A stretch of 28,995 nt of DNA from an uncultured Burkholderiaceae bacterium (lineage in GTDB: Bacteria; Pseudomonadota; Gammaproteobacteria; Burkholderiales; Burkholderiaceae_F), in the NCBI GenBank assembly GCA_964388005.1, contig CAYLZU010000004.1, forward strand, positions 1 to 28,995, written 5' to 3'. A program made the translations under genes and the position numbers. The notes under the pieces were generated by a model. It saw only the letters and a program-made list of their open reading frames with translations. It did no database searches and was not told the DNA's origin. Position 1 is the stretch's first letter, and the number at the start of each line of letters is the position of its first letter. Below are positions 16,629 to 24,457 of this stretch, in pieces.

Positions 16629-16948
16629 AGCGCGCGCTCCCGCAGATCCAGGCGCAGCTCGCGCCCGCGCGACTCCACGTCGTGCGCGGCGAGGACCTCG
16701 AAGGTCCGCCCCGAGAGCGTCACGCGCATGCGCGGGGTGACGCCGGCCACAAAGCGCCCGATGGCGACGTATTCGGCCGCGGCGTGGACCACGCGCCCGC
16801 GCAAGGTCTCGCCGCCCCGCACCTGCACGAGCTCGCAGGGCCAGCTCGCGCAGTAGCTGGACCAGGCCGCGACCTCGCCCCCGCCCGCGTCGCGCGTGGG
16901 CGTGTTCTGCTCGATCGCCGCCGTGTTGCGCATCCGTCCGCCACGCAT
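16625..16948 (-). CDS. Head closure / head-tail adaptor (SPP1 gp16-like)
   Basis: Motifs RDAGGGEVAAW, TPRMRV..SGRTFEV, RELRL; follows the connector gene. Confidence 0.88.
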   Translation of the reverse strand: MRGGRMRNTAAIEQNTPTRDAGGGEVAAWSSYCASWPCELVQVRGGETLRGRVVHAAAEYVAIGRFVAGVTPRMRVTLSGRTFEVLAAHDVESRGRELRLDLRERAL

Positions 16949-16964
16949 CGCCAGCCCGCGCGAG

Positions 16965-17768
16965 TCAGCCGAACCGGATCAGCCGGTACGGCGAAAGAAT
17001 CCGCTCCGCGCCCAGCGGCAGCGCATAGGTCTCGAAGTCCGAGTTCTGCTCGCGGTGCTCGTAGAAGTGGCCCACGAGCAGCAGCAGCGCGGCGACGATG
17101 TCGTCGGGCACCTGGCCAAGGAAGCTCTGGCCGGTGCCGGCGCCGGTGATGTCCACGGCCGCCCCGCCAGCCGTGAGCGATACCTGCAGGCTGTCGGCGG
17201 CGGGCGAGCGCACGTAGTACGGCGTGGCCTCCGAGAGCCCCGCCGGCACCGCGCCGCCGGAATTCCACACCCGCACCGGGTCGCTCGCGGCGAGGTCGTG
17301 CCCGTAGGCGGTGAGCGTGTCGGTGCCCGCGTCCACCGCGCTCACCGGCACCACCATGCCGGCGGTGTACTTGACGATCACCGCGTTGGACACCTCCAGC
17401 GGGGAGGGCCAGACGGTGCCGTAGGCGGGCTCGATGCGCCCGCGCTCGGCGTACTTGTCCACGCGGTAGGCCGAGGCCGACAGCGTCTGCAGGCCCCCGG
17501 CGGTGTCCACGTACTCGATGCTCTGCACCGCGCGCAACGGGCCCACCGGCAGCTCGATCTCGCAAGGGAAGGCAGCCAGCGAGAGCTGGCGCTGCTGGCG
17601 CACGATGGCGATGCGGCAGTGGCTCTCGGCGTGCCGGCGCGCCGCCGCGATCGCGCGGCGGATGAGCGCATCCTGCGAGGTGTCGCCCGAAGGGGCGCGC
17701 AGGTGCGCGCGCGCCTCGTCCAGGTGGACGGGCTCGGCAAGCGGCGGCGAGAGGACGATGTCGGCCAT
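16965..17768 (-). CDS. Head-tail connector (HK97 gp6-like) with an ~80-aa inserted domain
   Basis: PPLAEPVHLDEARAHLR ... YTAG [insert] VPDDIVAALLLLVGHFYEHRE. Confidence 0.88.
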   Translation of the reverse strand: MADIVLSPPLAEPVHLDEARAHLRAPSGDTSQDALIRRAIAAARRHAESHCRIAIVRQQRQLSLAAFPCEIELPVGPLRAVQSIEYVDTAGGLQTLSASAYRVDKYAERGRIEPAYGTVWPSPLEVSNAVIVKYTAGMVVPVSAVDAGTDTLTAYGHDLAASDPVRVWNSGGAVPAGLSEATPYYVRSPAADSLQVSLTAGGAAVDITGAGTGQSFLGQVPDDIVAALLLLVGHFYEHREQNSDFETYALPLGAERILSPYRLIRFG

Positions 17769-17798
17769 CGGGGAGTCCGGGTCGAACGCGCCCGCGGC

Positions 17799-17987
17799 TT
17801 ACTTCTTGCCCCTGGCCTTGCCCCCGGCCTTGACTTCGGTCATCGGGTCCGCAATCTCGACCTCCACCGCGTTGCCGCGGCGCAGGTGCTTGGCGAGCTC
17901 GGGCGCCTGGTTGTGCACGTCGCCCACGGCGTGGACCTTCGCGCCGTCGGCGAACACGTCGCGCACGAATCTGATTTTCCTGGTCAT
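17799..17987 (-). CDS. Small hypothetical protein (62 aa)
   Basis: GGAGG RBS before ATG 17987; basic C-terminus; position typical of head accessory genes. Confidence 0.7.
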   Translation of the reverse strand: MTRKIRFVRDVFADGAKVHAVGDVHNQAPELAKHLRRGNAVEVEIADPMTEVKAGGKARGKK

Positions 17988-18000
17988 GCCTGACCTCCGT

Positions 18001-18038
18001 GAAAAGAAACGGCCGGGAGCGCTCCACGCCCCCGGCCG
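18001..18038 (-). terminator. Intrinsic terminator after the capsid and accessory genes
   Basis: Stem CGGCCGGG/CCCGGCCG followed on minus by TTTCTTTTC. Confidence 0.75.
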
Positions 18039-18101
18039 CCAAACTGCCCTCCAAGGAACTGCTACAGCGGTACTGCCAAGCTGCGGTGCTGCGAACCGCG
18101 A

Positions 18102-18554
18102 CTAGCCGACGATCTCGTCGACCGCCGCGTCGTCGCTGTCCTGCGCCGGGCCGCTGCGCGGGCCGACTCCGAGCACGATGCCGCCCGCATCGGAGGTCGC
18201 CACCGCGACGGTCATGGACAGCCGGAAGTGCGTGAAGCCGTTGTCCAGATCCAGCTCGTCGGGCCGCAGGTTGATGAGCGCCTGCTTGTTGCTGTCGGTG
18301 CCCGCCTGCGTGAGCTGCGTGATCGCCTTGCCGGTGATGTCCTTCGCGCCGGTGCCCGAGCCGTCGGAGGCCTGCTGGAGCTTCGCATCCAGGGTCGCCG
18401 AGGCGCCCAGGTCGCCGGCCTGCACGATGGCAAGGAACCTGTGGAAGTTCTTGGCCGCGATCCAGCCGGTGGTGACGGTGCTCGCCGCGTAGGCGTCCGG
18501 GTCGATGTTGCCGACCACGGCCACCTGCTCGGAGGCTTTGAGGTTGAGGTTCAT
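18102..18554 (-). CDS. Putative capsid decoration/cement protein (150 aa)
   Basis: Directly after the major capsid gene with an AGGAG RBS; beta-rich small-residue composition. The function is inferred from position. Confidence 0.6.
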   Translation of the reverse strand: MNLNLKASEQVAVVGNIDPDAYAASTVTTGWIAAKNFHRFLAIVQAGDLGASATLDAKLQQASDGSGTGAKDITGKAITQLTQAGTDSNKQALINLRPDELDLDNGFTHFRLSMTVAVATSDAGGIVLGVGPRSGPAQDSDDAAVDEIVG

Positions 18555-18649
18555 GTTTCTTTTCTCCTGAAAAGTCGTGGGGCGCCGGCGGCAGATGCGC
18601 CGCCGGCATGCTGCGTTGTGCTGCTATGCCCTGCCGGCGCTCGCGCCGG

Positions 18650-19939
18650 TTAGGCGCGCGCGTCGAGGACCACGAACGGCGAGAGCGAGTTGCTGCCGTT
18701 CGCCGGCGTGACCGCCGCGGCGGCCGAAGGCTGGCCATCGACGCGGAAGGTGGCCCGGAAGGCCATCGCGCCCGCATCGAAGTACAGGTGCATCGAGGTT
18801 GCCGTCTCGATGCCCGCGCCCGCCTTGGTGATGGTGCGGTACGCCTTCCAGTCGGCAAAGGCGATGTCGCCCTGGTCGCCCACGGTCTTGCACAGCTGCG
18901 TGACCATGATCGGCCGGCCCATCAGCAGGCCGTTGGGCGCGTCCTTCAGGCCCGATCCCGGCGGCGTCCAGATCGGCGTGTCGCCGATCTTGAGCAGCAT
19001 GAGCTGCTGCAGCGCGTCGTCGTTGATCATCCAGATCGCGCGGCTGCGGCCGAGGTTACGACCGTACATCTTGACGATGTTCTCGGCCACGATCGTGTCG
19101 GCCGCCTGGCTGCCCTCCTTGGCCACGCTCACCTGCGCGGCGTGCCCGAAGAAGCCCAGCGGCTGGCCAACGCCCGAGCCCTGGAAGAACGCGAGATTGG
19201 CCTTCCAGCGGATCGACTCCGAGGTCTTGCGGCCGATGTAGCGGTCGAGCGCCGCGGCGTCGGCCGCGAGCTCGTCGGTCACCGGCACCAGCGCCATCAG
19301 CTTGTTCAGCCGCAGCGAGGCCACCGAGCCCTTGGGCTTGGTCTGCGTCGCGACGCCGGCCTCCGTCTCCCAGTAGGCGCGCATGCCGTCGGTGCCCCAG
19401 GGCGTGGTCTCGTCGCGCGGGAAGGTGAGCGAGTTGCCCGTGACCGGGTAGTCGTCGGTCAGCGGCAGCAGCGCGTCCTGCTCGAGCGAGTGCTGGAACA
19501 CTTCGCGCGAAAACTCGGGCGCGATCAGGAAGCCGCCATCGGCCCCCGTGGCCTCGTTGCCGTAGGTGGTGGGCGCCGCCGCCTGCCAGCGGGCGAGCTC
19601 GTCGGACACGTAGCCGCCGGGCAGGCCCGCGCGCATCACGTGCTGCGCGAAGTGCCCGTAGGAGCGGAAGCCGCCGCGCGGGTCGTCGGCGAGATTGTCG
19701 CGCACGCGGGCGCCCGAGCCGGCCGGGATCGCGGGCGCGCTGCGCTCGGCTTCGATCAGCGCTTCCTGGCGCTTCACGTCGGCGTTGATGGTCTCGAGCG
19801 CGGCCATGTGGCCGTCGAACTGCTTGCGCTCGTCGTCGGTCAGGTCGCGATTTTCGGCCGCGGCCTTGTCGGTGATCGCCTTCGCGGCGCCGACGGTTTG
19901 CTGCTTGCGCTCGAGCAGAGCGCGGAGTTGCGGGTTCAT
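18650..19939 (-). CDS. Major capsid protein, HK97 fold, with N-terminal delta domain
   Basis: AAGGAG RBS before ATG 19939; coiled-coil N-terminus; ADGGFLIAPEF, YWETE, KLMALVPVTDEL and AFRATFRVDG motifs. Confidence 0.95.
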   Translation of the reverse strand: MNPQLRALLERKQQTVGAAKAITDKAAAENRDLTDDERKQFDGHMAALETINADVKRQEALIEAERSAPAIPAGSGARVRDNLADDPRGGFRSYGHFAQHVMRAGLPGGYVSDELARWQAAAPTTYGNEATGADGGFLIAPEFSREVFQHSLEQDALLPLTDDYPVTGNSLTFPRDETTPWGTDGMRAYWETEAGVATQTKPKGSVASLRLNKLMALVPVTDELAADAAALDRYIGRKTSESIRWKANLAFFQGSGVGQPLGFFGHAAQVSVAKEGSQAADTIVAENIVKMYGRNLGRSRAIWMINDDALQQLMLLKIGDTPIWTPPGSGLKDAPNGLLMGRPIMVTQLCKTVGDQGDIAFADWKAYRTITKAGAGIETATSMHLYFDAGAMAFRATFRVDGQPSAAAAVTPANGSNSLSPFVVLDARA

Positions 19940-20062
19940 TCGGGTCTCCTTGGTTGATGTGGTCGGCAAAGCAGCTGCCGTCGGGCAGCGACGCCCCGGG
20001 GCTCGACGGAGCCCGGCGCGATCGGAGCGCCGCCGCGGCGCTCCCGGATTCGGAAATTCGGT

Positions 20063-21043
20063 CTAGCCGAGCGCCGCGAGGCGCAGCTGGTCCTCGGCGC
20101 GGGCGCGCGAGTGGGCGGCAGCACCTGCGCCGCCCAGCTTCGCCTGCAGCTCGCCGATGACCTGGTCCATGGTGGCGACGCGGTCGGCGAGCTTCGCCTT
20201 GACCGCATCGGCAGCGAGGAGCATACGCCCCTCGCCGTAGCCCGCGCGCACCGCCGAGGGCTTGTCGCCGCGGCCGCGGGCGACATCCTCCACGAACATG
20301 CCGTAGTACTTGTCCACCTGCTCCTGGATCGCCGCGCGCGCCTCGTCGCCCAGCGGCGCGTACTGGTTGCCCTCGACCTTGTACTTGCCGGCCGAGACGA
20401 GCTCCACCTTGACGCCCTTCTTCTCCAGGAACGCGCTCCAGTCCTCGTGCGCGGTCCACACGCCGATCGAGCCGGCCTGGCCGCCCGGGGTGACGACGAC
20501 CTCGTCGGCCTGCGCCGCGAGCCAGTAGGAGGCCGAGGCCGCGAGCGAGTTCACCACCGCGATCACGGGCTTCTTCCCGCGCGCGGCGTGGATGTCGGCC
20601 GCGAGCTCGGCAATGCCGAACACGCTGCCGCCGGGCGAGTCGTGGTCGAACACGATCGCGCCCACGTTCGGGTCTGCGACGAGCTGGCGGAAGTGCCGCC
20701 CGAGGATCTCGGTCGAGGTGCCCACGCCGGAGGAGGAGTCCTCCACCAGGTGCGCGCGGTGGCCGATGACCCCGGACACGGGGAGCACGGCGATCAGGTT
20801 GCTGCCCGCAGGGCGCACTCTCTCCTCGCGTGCCTGCCGGCGCGCTGCCGCCCGCTCCGGCGTGTCGTCCTCGCCACGGTCATAGGCGCCAGGCGCCACC
20901 GCTGCGCGGATCTCGTCCGCGTTTAAACGCACGCCGTCGGCAGCGCGGTGGAGCACGACCTTCAGCATCGCCAGGGTCTCGGGCAGCAGCGCCCAGGGCG
21001 TGCGGTAGAACTCGGTCATCAGGCGCACTAGACGGCCGTTCAT
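20063..21043 (-). CDS. Prohead protease, S49 (SppA-like) family
   Basis: Motifs DHDSPGGSV, LAASASYWLA, GSIGV, SAGKYKVEG. Confidence 0.92.
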   Translation of the reverse strand: MNGRLVRLMTEFYRTPWALLPETLAMLKVVLHRAADGVRLNADEIRAAVAPGAYDRGEDDTPERAAARRQAREERVRPAGSNLIAVLPVSGVIGHRAHLVEDSSSGVGTSTEILGRHFRQLVADPNVGAIVFDHDSPGGSVFGIAELAADIHAARGKKPVIAVVNSLAASASYWLAAQADEVVVTPGGQAGSIGVWTAHEDWSAFLEKKGVKVELVSAGKYKVEGNQYAPLGDEARAAIQEQVDKYYGMFVEDVARGRGDKPSAVRAGYGEGRMLLAADAVKAKLADRVATMDQVIGELQAKLGGAGAAAHSRARAEDQLRLAALG

Positions 21044-21052
21044 GGCTTCTCC

Positions 21053-22018
21053 TTAAAGATCGAACAGAAGGTCACGCTCGTCCTGCAACTGCCGCGCCGA
21101 GGGGCTCTGCTTCACCCCTGGCTCGCCGAACTCTTCGCCGCTGGCGATCGACGCCACCGCGGCCACCGCGCGCGCTTTCAGCTCGGCCTGGCCGAATGCC
21201 TCCGCGCTCTGAATGCCGAGGGCGCCAACCGCCTGCTGCGCGGGCCGCCTGCGGATGGGCGGCGCATACCACATGCTGCCGCCGAGCACGGCAGGCACGA
21301 CAACCTCGCCGCCCAGCGCGGTGGCGCTGCCGAAACTCTCCGCGCTGGCGATCCCGCCCGCATCGCCGATCGTCTGCGGACCCAGGACGACGGCCGCGCC
21401 GATCGCCTCCGCGCTGGCGATGTTGCCGGCCGCAAGGATCGTGAAGTTCGCCTGCCCGCCGCCGAAGGCCTCGGCCGTGCCGATCGCCCCGGCCGCGCCG
21501 ATGGTGAAGTTCAGCTTGCCTGCGCCGAAGGCCTCGGCCCCGCCGATCGCACCCAGGGCGAGCAGCGTGAAGTTCAGCTTGCCGCTGCCGAACGCCTCGG
21601 CGCTACTCACCGCGCCGGCAGCGAGCGTGAAATTCGCCTGCGCCGTGCCGAACGCTTCGGCGCCGGCGATGTCGCCCGCGCCGCTGATCGTCTGCCCGCC
21701 GCCCGAGGTTGCGACCGTGGCCGCGCCGATCGCCTCCGCGCTGGCGATGTTGCCGGCCGCAAGGATCGTGAAGTTCGCCTGCCCGCCGCCGAAGGCCTCG
21801 GCCGTGCCGATCGCCCCGGCCGCGCCGATGGTGAAGTTCAGCTTGCCTGCGCCGAAGGCCTCGGCCCCGCCGATCGCACCCAGGGCGAGCAGCGTGAAGT
21901 TCGCCTGCGCCGCGCCGAAGGCTTCGGCCCCGGCGATGCCGCCAGCGCCGGAGATCGTTTGCCCGCCAGCACCGCCGGCCGGGACATGCCCGAGAAACAG
22001 GCGCGAGCGCGCCATCAT
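21053..22018 (-). CDS. Gly/Ala-rich repeat protein with ~12 copies of G-I-x-[SGT]-A-E-A-F-G (about 21-aa period)
   Basis: Repeats are visible in the translation; coupled to both neighbours. Confidence 0.8.
   Translation of the reverse strand: MMARSRLFLGHVPAGGAGGQTISGAGGIAGAEAFGAAQANFTLLALGAIGGAEAFGAGKLNFTIGAAGAIGTAEAFGGGQANFTILAAGNIASAEAIGAATVATSGGGQTISGAGDIAGAEAFGTAQANFTLAAGAVSSAEAFGSGKLNFTLLALGAIGGAEAFGAGKLNFTIGAAGAIGTAEAFGGGQANFTILAAGNIASAEAIGAAVVLGPQTIGDAGGIASAESFGSATALGGEVVVPAVLGGSMWYAPPIRRRPAQQAVGALGIQSAEAFGQAELKARAVAAVASIASGEEFGEPGVKQSPSARQLQDERDLLFDL
21392..21902. repeat. 184-bp perfect direct repeat (21392-21575 and 21719-21902)
   Basis: The two copies read identically by eye; the 327-bp offset keeps the frame. 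Confidence 0.9.
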
Positions 22019-22332
22019 CAGGCCGTCGTCAGGATCGTGATCGCGAGATCAGCCCACTCCGGGGGCGAGGTCTGGTCGCTGAAGATGATCGTCACCTTGT
22101 CAGCGTTCATTTCCGTGCCGCTCAGAGCCACGTCCACCACTTTGCTCGACGACGGGTTCACCGCGGGCAGCGTAGCGAGGTTCGCGAGCGCCCCGTTATC
22201 TTTGCTGATCTTCACATCGCCGGCGGCGAGCGTCGGGTTCGATTTGAACAGGCCCGGGCTGGCGTAGTCCTCCAGACACACGTCGAACTCGAAATCCTCG
22301 CCCTTGACCGGCGGGTTCCAGGGCGCGGCCAT
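22018..22332 (-). CDS. Conserved-looking phage hypothetical protein (104 aa, beta-rich)
   Basis: FKSNPTLAAGDVKISKDNGALANLATLP...LSGTEMNAD; coupled to both neighbours. Confidence 0.75.
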   Translation of the reverse strand: MAAPWNPPVKGEDFEFDVCLEDYASPGLFKSNPTLAAGDVKISKDNGALANLATLPAVNPSSSKVVDVALSGTEMNADKVTIIFSDQTSPPEWADLAITILTTA

Positions 22333-23532
22333 TCAGCCTCCGACCAATTGATGTGACGCGCGCGGCACCGCGCGTTCCACGTTGCACAGAATTTCATCCA
22401 GCGCGATGTCGTTGAACCACGCGACCGGGGGAATGCGCGGCCCCGAGTACACGCGTGGGATCGTCGCCAGCCATTTCACCGCCTGCGCCGAGGCCATCGC
22501 CGAGACCTTCGTTTCCGGCCCCCATGTGGCGCCGCCGTCACTGCTGCCCTTGCAGTATATGTTCAGCGCGCTCGGGAAGGTCTCACCGCCTGCCGTGGCC
22601 CCGGCGTAGAACACCACCAGCTCCCCGGTATTGATGTTCAGGCTGATCGCGCACAACCCCTGGTCATCGGTGCTGCTCGACACCACGTCGGTGAGCGCGG
22701 TGATCGCGCCCGAATCCACCGTCCACGCCCGCAGCCGGGCGCTCGCGGCATCCACCGCCGACCACGCGACGAGATAGTGGCGCGTGTTGGCGATGTCCAT
22801 CGCCACCGCGAAGTGCGGGAAGGCGGTCGTCGCCGGGCTGTCGGTCATGCTCGTCGCGATGCTCGTCTCGGACCACGTATTGCCGGAGTCGTCGTGCAGC
22901 TTCCGGCTGACTTCGTTGGCGCTCGCGTCCCAGAAGATCGCCATGATGTCCTGCGTGTCCGCCGCATCGTAGTCCGGCAGCAGGATCATCATGTCGGTGG
23001 TGGCGATGGTCTCGTCCACCGTTCGCGCCGCATCCCAGGCGCCGTTCGGCACGTTGGCATTCGGCAAGCGGAAAAACCCACCCTCCGCGCCCGCGTCGAT
23101 CACCGTCTTGCAGTAGACGTTCCCTCCGACCGCGCGTGTAATGGAAAGATGTCCGCCAGTTGCCGTCGTCCCGCCGGCAAATATAACGGTCTGCGTCGAA
23201 AGTGCGTCCGCAGACTCAGTGTCGATCGTGCGGTACAGCGTGTCGTCGGTCGCGCTCTCCGTGTACGCGATATGGATCAGTCCGGCGCTGATGTTGCTCC
23301 ATCGGTCGTACCAGACCGAAAGGTTTGTCACCGTTCCTGCAAATACAACGGTCGGCGCGCTCCACGTCAACCCGCCGTCGGTCGACTTCTTGAACGCGAC
23401 ATCCGATCCCGTGTCGACGTAGACCAGGTACAGCGTGCCGCCTGGCGTCTGCACGATGTAGTTCGTGCCGGCGCCATTCCACTGCACGGCGGCGAGCGCC
23501 TGGGCCACGAGCACATCGGCGCGGCGCGGCAC
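22333..23532 (-). CDS. BNR/Asp-box (sialidase-like) beta-propeller protein (399 aa)
   Basis: Asp-box-like motifs KSTDGGLTWS, HDDSGNTWS and SSDGGATWG. Confidence 0.75.
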   Translation of the reverse strand: MPRRADVLVAQALAAVQWNGAGTNYIVQTPGGTLYLVYVDTGSDVAFKKSTDGGLTWSAPTVVFAGTVTNLSVWYDRWSNISAGLIHIAYTESATDDTLYRTIDTESADALSTQTVIFAGGTTATGGHLSITRAVGGNVYCKTVIDAGAEGGFFRLPNANVPNGAWDAARTVDETIATTDMMILLPDYDAADTQDIMAIFWDASANEVSRKLHDDSGNTWSETSIATSMTDSPATTAFPHFAVAMDIANTRHYLVAWSAVDAASARLRAWTVDSGAITALTDVVSSSTDDQGLCAISLNINTGELVVFYAGATAGGETFPSALNIYCKGSSDGGATWGPETKVSAMASAQAVKWLATIPRVYSGPRIPPVAWFNDIALDEILCNVERAVPRASHQLVGG

Positions 23533-23535
23533 AAC

Positions 23536-23880
23536 TCAGTGCCTCCGAATCGTCGGCAACCCGAACACTTCCCGCGACTTCACCCCGCCCGGCAACTGCC
23601 GGCGCAAATCCTTGTCGAACGCCGCCTCGTTCTTCGCCGCATCGAGCAGCCGCGGGTCGTTCGAGAGCGTGAACGGCGCGCCGCTGCGCATGAGAAACGC
23701 GGTGTCCTTCAACACCTGCTCGGCTTTCTCGTGCCCCTCGGCCAGGCGCGCGCAGGCCTTCAGCGCCGCCGCGACCTCGTCGGCCTTCTGCCATTCGAGC
23801 TCGAGGAAGGTGTCGTCGTTGATGTTGACGAACACCCGCGCGCCCTCGGCGCGGAGTTGGACCTTGCGGATTGCTTTCAT
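23536..23880 (-). CDS. Hypothetical protein (114 aa)
   Basis: ATGA overlap with the upstream gene; protein-like composition. Confidence 0.7.
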   Translation of the reverse strand: MKAIRKVQLRAEGARVFVNINDDTFLELEWQKADEVAAALKACARLAEGHEKAEQVLKDTAFLMRSGAPFTLSNDPRLLDAAKNEAAFDKDLRRQLPGGVKSREVFGLPTIRRH

Positions 23881-24041
23881 GCCGCCGGCTTACGTTGTGC
23901 GCGCTTGGCATCGAGCAAATACGACACCAGTTTTGCGTGCTCGGATAGCGCATCGCGCATGCGCGTCACGCGGGCGAGATACTCTTCAAGATAGGCAACG
24001 GTCTTCGCCTCCAGTTCTTCGGCTTTCAGCAGTTTTTCCAT
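23877..24041 (-). CDS. Small helical hypothetical protein (54 aa)
   Basis: ATG 24041 lies 8 nt after the upstream stop; amphipathic helix pattern. Confidence 0.6.
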   Translation of the reverse strand: MEKLLKAEELEAKTVAYLEEYLARVTRMRDALSEHAKLVSYLLDAKRAQRKPAA

Positions 24042-24049
24042 GGCCGCCC

Positions 24050-24457
24050 CTAGAGTTTGAATATCTTGTTTGCGCCCGCATCCCACTGGATCGTGATGTC
24101 GCCGCCGTTCGGCGTGCACGGCAGGCCGGTCGCCGTGTCGATGTTGCAGATCAGGCGCGAGGTGCTTTCCACGCCCGTGTCCTTGTAGATGTCGATGGAC
24201 TCGAACTGGTCGCCGGTCACGGCCGAGAGCACCACGTCGGCGGCGTCGGCCACGCCAGCGGTCGTGGTCTTGCTGGCGAAGTTGCCGCTCGTGGCGACCC
24301 GCGAGGCCACCGCGCGGTCGTCCAGGTTGTCGTCCGCCGCGAGATCGATCGTGTCGTCCGCCTCGTCCACACAGACGAGCTTGATGTTGTTGCCGTCCCA
24401 GTCGATGTCGCCGGCAAGGAACCCCTCGCGGCCCAGGTCATAGAGCGCGTTAGCCAT
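24050..24457 (-). CDS. Conserved phage structural-type protein (135 aa)
   Basis: MANALYDLGREGFL..DIDWD...GVADAAD...GLPCTPNGGDITIQWD.GANKIFKL resembles, from memory, proteins annotated as minor tail proteins in other phages. Its start overlaps the portal stop. Confidence 0.8.
   Translation of the reverse strand: MANALYDLGREGFLAGDIDWDGNNIKLVCVDEADDTIDLAADDNLDDRAVASRVATSGNFASKTTTAGVADAADVVLSAVTGDQFESIDIYKDTGVESTSRLICNIDTATGLPCTPNGGDITIQWDAGANKIFKL

Noticed and set aside
21392-21902. Direct repeat as a diversity-generating retroelement TR/VR pair
   Set aside because: The copies are identical rather than differing at adenines, both are in frame within one gene, and no reverse transcriptase is in the window.
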